Source: Candidatus Micrarchaeota archaeon (lineage in GTDB: Archaea; Micrarchaeota; Micrarchaeia; Norongarragalinales; UBA8480). Taken from it: DNA of 24,000 nt. The notes under the pieces are model-generated. The model had not been told where the DNA came from and did no database searches. It was given only the letters and a program-made list of their open reading frames with translations. Position 1 is the first letter of the stretch. Every line of letters starts with the position of its first letter. The stretch spans positions 8,792-32,791 of the forward strand of contig JACCLL010000099.1 in assembly GCA_013425325.1 (NCBI GenBank). Direction: 5' to 3'. Below, piece after piece: positions 1-7,855 of the stretch. A program made the position numbers and the translations under genes.

Positions 1-22
1 CGAGGACGTCGAGTGGCTTAAA

Positions 23-679
23 GTGTCGCAGTTGAAGCTGGGTGAAGGTAATTTCGGCAAAGTATTCGCAGGTCGGCTGAAACTACGCGGCAAAAAACCA
101 ATTTCAGTCGCAGTAAAAAAATTCAACCCGTCCATTCCGATTACTGATGGGCGGGGTCGTATTATAGACCGGCATCCGTTCCGCGTGGAAGACCATTTGA
201 GTGAATACGAGCGAGCAGTCTCCGAACTCAAAACGGCGGGAATACGCATTCCCAAAATAGCATTCGTAAAACACGAGGGACGAACCGTGCAAGTCTCTTC
301 CATCTTTCAAAAGGAGGGAAAAACGAAAATAATGGACGCCCGCTCGTTTGTTAGAACAGGAAGCATAGCCGCGCCCCAGACGCTAAGAGTTTTGACCAAA
401 CTGATTGAACGAGGCTATTCTCCGCATTTTGATTCAATGGGCTTCATCCACAACAGATACGGACTATCCCCCATAGTATTTGACTTGGATTCGTTCGTAA
501 TCAACGGACCCTTCGGGGCGTCCTTGCAAGTGGAAGACTGGCTCCACACGTTGTTTCCTGACGACGCAAGCCGCCGCAAGGAAGCGCTGGAAACACTGAT
601 TGACGCCGCAAAACACCCCGAAATAAGGCAGGGACTGCTCGACCTCAAAAAAAGAAGGTGGTTCGCGCAGCCTCCGTAA
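23..679 (+). CDS. Atypical protein-kinase-like protein (RIO/Bud32-like features); probably 5'-incomplete in this window
   Basis: Gly-rich loop GEGNFGKVF followed by VAVKKF (ATP-binding Lys) matches a protein-kinase N-lobe. The later PHFDS...VFDLDSF resembles the HxD and metal-binding Asp of RIO/Bud32-type kinases; canonical HRD/DFG motifs are absent. The frame has no stop between nt 2 and the GTG at 23, so the true start may lie upstream of the window. Confidence 0.5.
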   Translation: MSQLKLGEGNFGKVFAGRLKLRGKKPISVAVKKFNPSIPITDGRGRIIDRHPFRVEDHLSEYERAVSELKTAGIRIPKIAFVKHEGRTVQVSSIFQKEGKTKIMDARSFVRTGSIAAPQTLRVLTKLIERGYSPHFDSMGFIHNRYGLSPIVFDLDSFVINGPFGASLQVEDWLHTLFPDDASRRKEALETLIDAAKHPEIRQGLLDLKKRRWFAQPP

Positions 680-683
680 GAAA

Positions 684-1508
684 GTGAGACTAACCTTGGC
701 ACTAGTTTTTTCAACAGAGTGCGCTGCCGGCCGCAACATTGCCGCGCAACTCATTCAAAACGGCTTCCAACCAATCGGGCCCGTGCCTTGCGCGGGAAAG
801 CACTTGCCCGCTTGGAAAAACAAAGACGGACTTCTCTTGATTCAAGTCAGCGAACGCCTTTCCCGCGACGTCGAATACCTTTCGCAACTGCCGCTGCCTG
901 AAGAGGAGTTGGTTGTCTTTCTTTCCCGTCACCGCGCCGAAAACGGGCCCTCCTCTTTTACTGTTCATTCCCTCGGCAACTGGGGCTTCGACCCGGAAAG
1001 GGGAGGAAATCCTCGCGAGTTGGCGCGCGCAAGCGCCGGCGCAGTAGCCGCCGCGTTCGAATACTACCGCGCGCACGCGTTGGAAGGCTTCCGGCTTGAT
1101 TTGGAAGCAACTCACCACGGGCCAACCAGCCTGCCTTGGCCGTCCTTGTTCGTCGAAGTGGGCTCGGGAGAAAAAGAGTGGCAAAACCAAGCCGCTTGCG
1201 CAGTAGCGGCCGAAGCGGCTCTCGCCGCCTGCAGTCAAAAAAAGAAAGGAAAAGTTGCGCTCGCCTTCGGCGGAACCCACTACTGCCCCAAGTTCGGCGG
1301 ATTGGAAGGGAAAGACTACCTGTTTTCACACATTGCTCCCGGCTACGCGTGCGATTCGCTTGATGAAAACCTGTTTACACAAGCCGTTCAAAAAACAGTC
1401 GAAAAAGTAGAGTGCGCGGTAATCGATTGGAAGGGGCTTTCTTCTCAGCAGAGGAAAAAAGTGATCGCACTGGCCGAGCAAGCAGGCCGCCGATGGGAAA
1501 AAGCCTGA
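684..1508 (+). CDS. dtdA: D-aminoacyl-tRNA deacylase, archaeal DtdA type
   Basis: GTG start 4 nt after the upstream stop. Motifs FTVHSLGNWG, ATHHGPT, FVEVGSGEKEW and FGGTHYCPKF, plus the ~270 aa length, fit the archaeal tRNA_deacylase (DtdA) family. Confidence 0.75.
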   Translation: MRLTLALVFSTECAAGRNIAAQLIQNGFQPIGPVPCAGKHLPAWKNKDGLLLIQVSERLSRDVEYLSQLPLPEEELVVFLSRHRAENGPSSFTVHSLGNWGFDPERGGNPRELARASAGAVAAAFEYYRAHALEGFRLDLEATHHGPTSLPWPSLFVEVGSGEKEWQNQAACAVAAEAALAACSQKKKGKVALAFGGTHYCPKFGGLEGKDYLFSHIAPGYACDSLDENLFTQAVQKTVEKVECAVIDWKGLSSQQRKKVIALAEQAGRRWEKA

Positions 1509-1532
1509 GCTACCTCCGTCTGTCTCGCGGCC

Positions 1533-1937
1533 TCATTGCACGTTCCAGTGCCTGGACTGCGGTCGCCCTCGCGCCCGCGGCCCTTCGCCCGACGCTTCGG
1601 CTAATTTCCTGCCTATCAACTGCAAGTTGGCTTCCATTCGCGCGAGCCAAGGAGTGGGCAGCTTTGCTTTTTGGCGGTAATTCTGGACGGCATCAAGAAT
1701 TCTGTCCGCTTCGCGGGCCAGTCCTCGTGCCTTTTCGGCCGCGCTGAATTTTTTGACTTCTATTCTCTCTATTGTTCCGATTCCAAAGGCTGGCGGCGCA
1801 TAGTCTTCGGGTTTTCTGAAGAAAAGACGTTTTTTTGACCAGCCCCGGTGTTCTACGACGAGGTGGCCTTGTTCTACTACTGCCTTTACCAGTCCATGGT
1901 ACTCGGAATAGATTTCGCCTCGGCGCAACAGAACCAT
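1533..1937 (-). CDS. Hypothetical protein (start trimmed to internal ATG)
   Basis: The ORF track gives 1533..2063, but its first 42 codons are R/S-rich and overlap the upstream 68-aa ORF. The ATG at 1937 (MVLLRRGEIYSEYHG...) leaves a 37-nt gap. I recognise no family. Confidence 0.4.
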   Translation of the reverse strand: MVLLRRGEIYSEYHGLVKAVVEQGHLVVEHRGWSKKRLFFRKPEDYAPPAFGIGTIERIEVKKFSAAEKARGLAREADRILDAVQNYRQKAKLPTPWLARMEANLQLIGRKLAEASGEGPRARGRPQSRHWNVQ

Positions 1938-1974
1938 GAAAACATATTGGCGCCGTCGGTTTTTAAGAGGTAGG

Positions 1975-2181
1975 CTACGCGAACTTCTTGAGCTTGGCCA
2001 AGAATTTTTTCTGAATCCGAATAGTTTCCTTAACGTGCTTTCGGAGGTTCTTGTGGCCGCCAATCATCTTCCTGTGAACCGCCACTTCCTCCTTCGCGTG
2101 CTCGCGCCATATTTCAGCAAACTCGTGAAACTTCTTTGCGAGCTCGTGTTCCTTCTTCTTTGCCTTGTTCAAAAACTTCAT
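1975..2181 (-). CDS. Small K/E/H-rich helical hypothetical protein
   Basis: ATG start. The composition looks like a natural helical protein, unlike the overlapping plus-strand ORF 1936..2232 (L/R-rich). A/T box TTTTTATTT (complement of 2213..2221) lies upstream. First gene of a two-gene minus-strand unit. Confidence 0.4.
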   Translation of the reverse strand: MKFLNKAKKKEHELAKKFHEFAEIWREHAKEEVAVHRKMIGGHKNLRKHVKETIRIQKKFLAKLKKFA

Positions 2182-2283
2182 GAAAATCCCCGGTCTTGCT
2201 CACTGAACCGCGAAATAAAAACGCTTTGTTAGCGCAAAAACAGAGGTAAACTCGATTTTGTTTTCAAAGCCACTTTCGCAACC

Positions 2284-2384
2284 CTCTTAGATGCCTCTTA
2301 TTCGTCTCTTACGCGTCTATTTGCGCCTCATAGCCGTTTCTTACAGGAGGTGGATTGACGCAAAAGTCTTTTACGCGTCTCTTA
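2284..2384. repeat. Phased short direct repeats: CTCTTA at 2284, 2295, 2306 (11-bp period), TTCTTA at 2338, CTCTTA at 2379; TTACGCGTCT at 2309 and 2371
   Basis: Read directly from the sequence. Three exact hexamers lie one helical turn apart, and further copies stay roughly in phase. The ACGCGT palindrome occurs twice (2311..2316, 2373..2378). The array sits in the 235-bp divergent intergenic region upstream of the AAA+ gene. Confidence 0.6.
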
Positions 2385-2416
2385 CAAGGCGTTTAGTGGA
2401 ACAATGGTCTTTTTAT

Positions 2417-3601
2417 ATGACTCATACTTTCTTGTGCTGTTTTGGTGGGTTTGTGGCAGACATTTTTGAGGCAAAGGAAAAGCTTCTGAAGGACCTCGGA
2501 TGGGAAGAAAATCCGTTTGTGAAGGACTTGAGGGTCTTCGACCGCGAGTCTTTTCTCAGGCATTATTGTCCTTTCGAGTCCGCCTCCATTCTCCAGAAGC
2601 TTGCGTTTGATACAAAGGCTTGTCTGCTCCTCGGCCCGAAGGGCGTGGGGAAAACCTCGGCCTTGTATCACGTCTATTATTCCTTGCCTCAAAACGAGTT
2701 TCTTCCAATAATGCTCAAAGAACCCCCTGCCAGCGTCAACTCCCTCGCCAAGGAAGCCGGCTTCGTGAAGCAGGACGGGTTTTTTGACGGGTTTTTGTCC
2801 GCGTTGCGCGGAAAAAAAGAAGTTTCCCGAGACGAACTCGTGCGTGTAATAAAATCGCAGGACAAGAAAGTGATCTTATTCGTAGACGAAGCGCACCTCG
2901 AGCCTTCGAAGGAAATGTACATGGAGTTCAAGTACCTGCTCGACGAAGTGCCGAACCTCCGAATGGTTTTCTCCGCCCTCGGCCAGGAAAACTTTCCCGA
3001 CTCGCTCGTACAATTGATTGGGACAAAAAACGTTTTCAGCCGCAGGGGCTTTTCAAAAGAGGAAATGAGGACAATAGTCGAACACCGCATTTCAGCAGTG
3101 GGCGGAAAAGGAGTCGTTCCGTTCGACGAAGAATTCCTCGGAAAAGCGTTCACGGAACAAAATCTTCTTACTCCGAGGTACGTTTTCGACGAACTGAACT
3201 CGTGCTTGGCTCAAATTGCTGCGGGCGAAGCCGCAGTGCAGCCTTACTCAGACGACCCGATAGTAATGGCGGCGGTCCAGCATTCTAAAGAACAGCCTAT
3301 TACTACCGCGCACGCCGAGTGGTGGATAATGCTTTCTCCCTCGCAGCAGGGAGTGATGAAGCAGTTGTTCAACCATCCGGAGGGCATGACCCTCAACGAG
3401 TTGATGGTTGCCCTCCAGCTCTCGCAGAACACGTGCTTCAACGCCTTGTACCAGTTGAGAGGCGAAGACGACGCCGAGCTGAAACGCAAGCCGGAAGTTC
3501 CTTTTCCATTAGTAGAGGTAAAAACCAAGCTAGTCGGAGGACGCAAGAAAAACATTTATTTCGCTAACCAGAAAGTCAAAAACCTTTTCACGCTGCACTA
3601 G
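2417..3601 (+). CDS. AAA+ ATPase with C-terminal winged-helix domain (Orc1/Cdc6-like architecture, divergent)
   Basis: Walker A LLLGPKGVGKTS and Walker B VILFVDEAH. FSKEEMRTIVEHRI resembles the lid region of Orc1/Cdc6 and archaeal ATPases. The C-terminal segment LSPSQQGVMKQLFNHPEGMTLNELMVALQLSQNTCFNALYQL looks like a wHTH. The track start at 2291 adds 42 non-protein-like codons that cover the repeat array; the ATG at 2417 is preferred, and the GTG at 2453 is also possible. Confidence 0.6.
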   Translation: MTHTFLCCFGGFVADIFEAKEKLLKDLGWEENPFVKDLRVFDRESFLRHYCPFESASILQKLAFDTKACLLLGPKGVGKTSALYHVYYSLPQNEFLPIMLKEPPASVNSLAKEAGFVKQDGFFDGFLSALRGKKEVSRDELVRVIKSQDKKVILFVDEAHLEPSKEMYMEFKYLLDEVPNLRMVFSALGQENFPDSLVQLIGTKNVFSRRGFSKEEMRTIVEHRISAVGGKGVVPFDEEFLGKAFTEQNLLTPRYVFDELNSCLAQIAAGEAAVQPYSDDPIVMAAVQHSKEQPITTAHAEWWIMLSPSQQGVMKQLFNHPEGMTLNELMVALQLSQNTCFNALYQLRGEDDAELKRKPEVPFPLVEVKTKLVGGRKKNIYFANQKVKNLFTLH

Positions 3602-3660
3602 ACTCAGCGAGTCCGGCGGTGGGACGCCGAGCAGTTAGAAAAGCAACGAGGTGGGTTGAA

Positions 3661-3882
3661 TTGGCGGCTAGAGCCTTTTCATTACTAGACATAGACAGAT
3701 TCTTAAGAAACGCAGGAGCAGACCGAGTGGGCGAAGACGCCAGCATAAAGCTCTGCCAGCTCTTGGAAGACTCGGCCGACGAAATAGTTTCCAAAGCCAG
3801 GATACTGGCGCGCCACGCGGGCCGCAACGACGTGACCCGCGAAGACATAGTCCTAGCGGCGAACATGCTTTACGCGCTTTAG
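3661..3882 (+). CDS. Archaeal histone (HMf-type histone fold)
   Basis: IDRFLRNAGADRVGEDASIKLCQLLEDSADEIVSKARILARHAGRNDVTREDIVLAA matches the archaeal histone pattern (..AGAERVS....L...LEE.A.EI...A...A.HAGRKTV...DI.LA). The in-frame TTG at 3661 is preceded by GAGGTG (3648..3653) and gives a typical ~73 aa length. The track's GTG at 3619 would add an atypical N-terminal extension. Confidence 0.8.
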   Translation: MAARAFSLLDIDRFLRNAGADRVGEDASIKLCQLLEDSADEIVSKARILARHAGRNDVTREDIVLAANMLYAL

Positions 3883-5285
3883 CCGAACCCTTGTTTCCGA
3901 AGAGTTGCCTTCAAGCGCCTGAGGAACTCGCTCTCGCGTTCTTTACTTATGGTGGCGCCGGCGGCTACTTTATGACCGCCTCCAAAGCCGATTCCTTCCA
4001 CTGAAGTGCGTAGCGCGGCATCCAAGTCCAATCCTTTTTCAACAAGGGAAAGCGTGCCCCTTGCCGAAACCTTGGTGTCTCCTTTTTCATCCAATGCGAA
4101 TGCAACGGCTGGTTTGATTCTTTCAACCAGGCCGGAGCCGAGGAAGCTTCCCGCGACGACACCTACGACGGTGTCGCTTACTTCCTCGCGGCAGTCGAGG
4201 AAATAAAAAGCGCCCAAATCAACGAAGTTTTTTCTCGCAAAAAACAAGCCGTTCCTGATTGCCGCCCTGTGCTCGTTCAACAAAGCCTTTCCTTCATTCA
4301 ACGCGCCTTCCTTGTTCATGCAAACGCGCAAGCCGATCGCAGCGTGGCCGTGCCTGCCGCAGGCGTTAAGCAAAGTGCTGTACTCGAGGGCGTCGAAGAG
4401 CTCCGTGTGCGGGTCCTCTTTCGGGAAGACGTAAACGTCTCCAACCAGTCCTTCGACTACTTCGGGAGCCAGGTTTTTTGCGACGCAGTAGTTCACGAAC
4501 GCGCCCACGAATTTTTTCTTCAATTCGGGCGAAAGGTCCCAATAGTGAACCCAGTTTCCCTCAGCGTCCCTCGACGGAATGCCGTTTTCCTGCAAGAACA
4601 GCGCGCAAGCCTTTTCATCCCCGCTCAAGCCGGGAACGAACGGTTCCGAAGAATAAGCAATGAAGCCCACTAAAGGACGGGAGTTGCGGCCGAACATTCT
4701 CAAGTCCCGCAGCACCTTGCAGAAGCCGTTGTCAACCGCTTCGCGCAGCATCAACGCGTTCAAGTCCTTGAAGCCGCTGCGGTCCTGCATGTCGCCCACT
4801 GCGCCGACTATTCCAATCGGCGCCAGGTCGGGAAAGCGGTTGCGGAAGCAAAAGTATGCCGTCGAGGCCGCTGAAGCCGAGTCGGTTCCTGAGAACCCGA
4901 ATTCCTCGCAGTTCACGTGCGCAACCGAGCCGGAAGGCGGTTGTTCGAGCTTGTGGTGGTCGATTACTGCAAGCTTGAAGCGCTTGGCCAGTTCTTCGAC
5001 TCCGCCAATCATTCCGGAACCAAAGTCGGTGAAAACAATCGCGTTACAGCCCTTTTCGTCGGCCTTGGCGGAAACGCGTTTCAACGCCTCGGCGCTCAAC
5101 TGCTTTTCATCGTGAGTAACAACGGTTTTGCCGCTTCTCTCGAGCGCCCAGACCGCTATTGCTCCCGATGCCAGGCCATCGCAGTCGATGTGGTGGACTA
5201 CTAGCGCTTTTTCGAACGACAGGATAGTCTCTCCAACCGCCTTGGCGCGTTCTAAAAAGCCTTTTTCGTTTCCAGTCAAGCCCAA
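3879..5285 (-). CDS. DHH/DHHA1 phosphoesterase, archaeal RecJ/GAN-like nuclease
   Basis: DHH motifs VVHHIDCDGLASG and VIDHH plus the DHHA1 motif GGGHKVAAG. The ~468 aa length is typical of archaeal RecJ/GAN homologues. Confidence 0.75.
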   Translation of the reverse strand: MGLTGNEKGFLERAKAVGETILSFEKALVVHHIDCDGLASGAIAVWALERSGKTVVTHDEKQLSAEALKRVSAKADEKGCNAIVFTDFGSGMIGGVEELAKRFKLAVIDHHKLEQPPSGSVAHVNCEEFGFSGTDSASAASTAYFCFRNRFPDLAPIGIVGAVGDMQDRSGFKDLNALMLREAVDNGFCKVLRDLRMFGRNSRPLVGFIAYSSEPFVPGLSGDEKACALFLQENGIPSRDAEGNWVHYWDLSPELKKKFVGAFVNYCVAKNLAPEVVEGLVGDVYVFPKEDPHTELFDALEYSTLLNACGRHGHAAIGLRVCMNKEGALNEGKALLNEHRAAIRNGLFFARKNFVDLGAFYFLDCREEVSDTVVGVVAGSFLGSGLVERIKPAVAFALDEKGDTKVSARGTLSLVEKGLDLDAALRTSVEGIGFGGGHKVAAGATISKERESEFLRRLKATLRKQGFG

Positions 5286-5401
5286 AACCCGTTTTCACTT
5301 GTCTTTAGGCTGCAAGAGGCTAAAAACCCGCCCGCCGGCTTTTTGGCGGTTTAACGCTGTCTTTTTATTTTTCGTGGCCGTAAGCCATCCGGTGGACTGT
5401 T

Positions 5402-5671
5402 TTGTCAAGGGTTTCCCAGCGTACTTTCAGTAAAGTAGCCGAGTTTGCCTTGGCGTTTTTGAACGAGCGGTATCCGGAGGCCATGACTTGCAGGGAAATT
5501 GCGGAGGAACTGGCTCGCGACAACGAGTTCGTGGCCAGGGTGCTGTTTTTTCTCAAGGAAAAGGGGCTGGCAATGCAGGTTACTGCTTCTCCGAGGGGAA
5601 GGGACTACGTACGCTGGACTAAGTGGACGCTGACTCCGTCGACTAAAGCAAAGTTTGAGTCACTTGGCTAG
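5402..5671 (+). CDS. Small winged-helix DNA-binding protein (putative transcriptional regulator)
   Basis: FLNERYPEAMTCREIAEELARDNEFVARVLFFLKEKGLA looks like an HTH plus wing. TTG start with GGTGGA at 5391..5396 and the A/T box CTTTTTATTTTT at 5361..5372. The start codon is uncertain. Confidence 0.45.
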   Translation: MSRVSQRTFSKVAEFALAFLNERYPEAMTCREIAEELARDNEFVARVLFFLKEKGLAMQVTASPRGRDYVRWTKWTLTPSTKAKFESLG

Positions 5672-7020
5672 ATCTCGTGCGTTTCTCCGAGAGATGGAAC
5701 GATTGCTTCGGCGCCGGTTGCTTTCTCGATTGCTTTCGCCAGTTCTTCGGACTTGCCGCCTTCGCCGTGCACTACGAACACTTTCTTGAGGCCGTTGATG
5801 CTTTTTGCGAAGTGCACGAGCTCGCGGTGGTCGCTGTGTGCAGTAAACGGAGCCTGTGCTACCTTGAGTTCTATGTCAATTCGCTTGTCGCGTAACTGCA
5901 GTTGCTTTGCTCCTTCGAGCAGGGCCCTTCCTCTCGTTCCTTCGGCTTGGTATCCAACGAGGATTAATGAGTTTTTCCTGCTTTGTCCGAGGTGCTCTAA
6001 GTATGAGAGTACGGGTCCTCCGTTCAGCATTCCGGAAGTTGATAGGATTACTGCTTTTCGTTGTGCGAAGACGTCGCGGCGATCCTTGCTTTTGGGAATG
6101 AGGTAGTACTCGCTTTTGAAGGGGTCGTCGTCGCTGGTTAGAATCCTGCGCTGGATTTCTTTCTTCAAGTAAATGGCGTTGTGGCGGTAGATTCTCAGCG
6201 CCTTCTTTATCATGCCATCCAAGTAAATAGGACATTTTTCCATCACGCCTGACCGCAAGTAGCTTTCAAGCGTGAACAGAATTTCTTGTCCTCTTCCTAT
6301 TGCAAAAGTGGGAACAATTACTTTTCCTTCTTTTTGGAGCGTGCCGTTGACTAAGTCAATGAAGATTTTGTCCGCGTCTTTTGCGGCGACGTGGCGGTCT
6401 GCTTTGGCGCCGTAAGTGCTTTCGATTATCAGAGTGTCTCCTTCGAACCCGGTTTTTGCGCCGTCGAGCAGCCGCGAGCTGCGCAGGTTGATGTCGCCGG
6501 AGTAAATTATTTTGCGTCCGTCCATCTTTAACTCGGTTATTGCGCTTCCTAGAATGTGGCCGGCTTCCTGGAACCGAATCGGTCCCTTGCCGCGTTCGCT
6601 CCACTCGTTGTACTCCATTATTTCCGTGTGCGTAAGCAGCTTGTCGATGTCGTCCTGCGAGTATGGCGAAAAGTCTTTCTGCAACCGCAAATAGTCCGCT
6701 AGAAGAAGCTGCGTCAAGTCGCGCGTTGGTTTAGTCAAATAGACTTTGCCTTCGTAGCCAGCTGCGTACAAAGCAGGAAGAAATCCGGAGTGGTCCATGT
6801 GCGCGTGGCTTAGTATGACGCGGTCGAGCTTGCGCGCGGTCTTGTTGTCAAGCAACGGGAATTCTTCTCGTTCCTTGAACTTCACGCCGCAATCTAACAG
6901 AATGCGTTCGCTGCCTTCGATTAGGAAACAGCTTCTGCCTACTTCCCCGGCTGCGCCGAGAAACTTTATGTTCAATAACTCACCTTTGTGAGGAACGGCT
7001 TCGCAAAACGCCTGCGTCAA
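5668..7020 (-). CDS. Beta-CASP metallo-beta-lactamase-fold ribonuclease (aCPSF2-like, no KH domains)
   Basis: IKFLGAAGEVGRSCFL N-terminus and the HxHxDH motif LSHAHMDHSG. The beta-CASP region and C-terminal H (FTAHSDH) are present, and the ~430-450 aa length fits. An alternative TTG start at 6975 (MNIKFLG...) is preceded by GGTGAG. Confidence 0.8.
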   Translation of the reverse strand: MTQAFCEAVPHKGELLNIKFLGAAGEVGRSCFLIEGSERILLDCGVKFKEREEFPLLDNKTARKLDRVILSHAHMDHSGFLPALYAAGYEGKVYLTKPTRDLTQLLLADYLRLQKDFSPYSQDDIDKLLTHTEIMEYNEWSERGKGPIRFQEAGHILGSAITELKMDGRKIIYSGDINLRSSRLLDGAKTGFEGDTLIIESTYGAKADRHVAAKDADKIFIDLVNGTLQKEGKVIVPTFAIGRGQEILFTLESYLRSGVMEKCPIYLDGMIKKALRIYRHNAIYLKKEIQRRILTSDDDPFKSEYYLIPKSKDRRDVFAQRKAVILSTSGMLNGGPVLSYLEHLGQSRKNSLILVGYQAEGTRGRALLEGAKQLQLRDKRIDIELKVAQAPFTAHSDHRELVHFAKSINGLKKVFVVHGEGGKSEELAKAIEKATGAEAIVPSLGETHEI

Positions 7021-7063
7021 GCGCGGGCGCTTTCCGAAAGCCGCCTTTTAAATGCTTATACAA

Positions 7064-7070
7064 TTTTATT
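7064..7070 (+). promoter_or_regulatory. TATA-like box (TTTTATT) about 27 nt upstream of ATG 7094; suggests a leaderless mRNA
   Basis: A/T-rich heptamer at the spacing typical for archaeal TATA-to-TSS. No SD lies before the ATG. Confidence 0.35.
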
Positions 7071-7093
7071 GCCGGCCTTCTTTATTATCTGGT

Positions 7094-7801
7094 ATGGCGT
7101 TCGAAAAAATCCTGCCTTTCCTGAAGACCCGAGGCAAACCCAAGGAAGCCGAAATCCAGCCGAAGGCCGACGTCTGCGCCCTCGAAAAGGAAGAAGCCTT
7201 GTTCTACAAGACGCGTGCTGCCGTCTACCGCAAGATAATCGAGCGCTACGCCGAGGCAATAAACGGCGGCGAGGAAAAAACCCTTCCCGAGCTCAAGGCA
7301 TTGATAAAGCCGTCCGAGCCGGCGGTGCAGGACGTCAAAATGAAACTGCTTGAACCAATTCTGCAGGGGCGGCAGTATGACTTCGAGAAGGACTTTCAGC
7401 AAGCCGCGGAAGCGTCTTTCCAGCGCGTCAAGGCCCTGCACTTCGTGCACGCCGACTTGCCCGTCTCGTACTGGCTTTCTCCGGCAGAGATAATCGAAAT
7501 CGGCGCCGCGGATCCGTTTGACCGCGCGTTGCTGTACTGCTCGCTATTGATTGCGCTGGGCTGCAAGGAAGCCAGGATCCGCGTGGTGGAAATAGAGGGA
7601 GGAATAAGGCATCCTCTGGTGTTTTTCTCGTCCGGCGGAAAAACGTTTTTGTCCGATCCCACCCAGGACAAGGCTGCTTTAGAACGCGCCGGAACCACGG
7701 ATGAATTGATTGCGGCGTTTGAGTTGGACGGAAAAAAGGTCAGCCGCAGCTTGTTCGAGTTCAACGACCAGGATTACCAGCAGTTCGAAGAGAGCGAGTA
7801 G
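7094..7801 (+). CDS. Hypothetical protein with transglutaminase-like (papain-fold) core, possibly catalytically altered
   Basis: GAADPFDRALLYCSLLIALGCKEARIRVV...IRHPLVFF...FLSDPT parallels the TGase-core pattern G.C..fa.l..all.a.Gi.aR.v...HaW.ev...DPT. His and Asp are present. The canonical Cys position appears to be Asp, with a Cys 9 residues later. Start trimmed to the ATG at 7094. Confidence 0.35.
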   Translation: MAFEKILPFLKTRGKPKEAEIQPKADVCALEKEEALFYKTRAAVYRKIIERYAEAINGGEEKTLPELKALIKPSEPAVQDVKMKLLEPILQGRQYDFEKDFQQAAEASFQRVKALHFVHADLPVSYWLSPAEIIEIGAADPFDRALLYCSLLIALGCKEARIRVVEIEGGIRHPLVFFSSGGKTFLSDPTQDKAALERAGTTDELIAAFELDGKKVSRSLFEFNDQDYQQFEESE

Positions 7802-7855
7802 CAACCTTTAAGTAATTTAATCAAGCCAATTACTACGCGGCTTTTTGGTGTTTGA

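Noticed and set aside
1938-2063. The extended 176-aa form of ORF 1533..2063 (minus).
   Set aside because: The extra 42 codons overlap the 3' end of the better-looking 68-aa ORF 1975..2181 in another frame and are S/R-rich. The internal ATG at 1937 gives a non-overlapping arrangement.
2395-2402. ORB-like fragments: AGTGGAAC at 2395..2402, and CCACTGGGAA at 14480..14489 (complement TTCCCAGTGG), which resemble the archaeal origin recognition box core (TCCAGTGGAAA).
   Set aside because: They are single partial matches with an indel or mismatches. They are not arranged as inverted pairs around an A/T-rich unwinding element, and matches this short are expected by chance. They are not sufficient to call an origin.
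2291-2416. The N-terminal 42 codons of the longest ORF for the AAA+ ATPase (MPLIRLLRVYLRLIAVSYRR...).
   Set aside because: The segment coincides with the phased CTCTTA / TTACGCGTCT repeats and has a non-protein-like L/R/Y composition. The conserved part of the ATPase begins well after the ATG at 2417, so I treat this stretch as non-coding regulatory DNA.
5330-5352. A hairpin CCGCC-GGCTTTTT-GGCGG followed by TTT, which looks like an intrinsic terminator on the plus strand.
   Set aside because: No plus-strand gene ends upstream of it, since the RecJ gene is on the minus strand and starts at 5285. The stem is only 5 bp. It more likely belongs to the divergent promoter region between the RecJ and wHTH genes.
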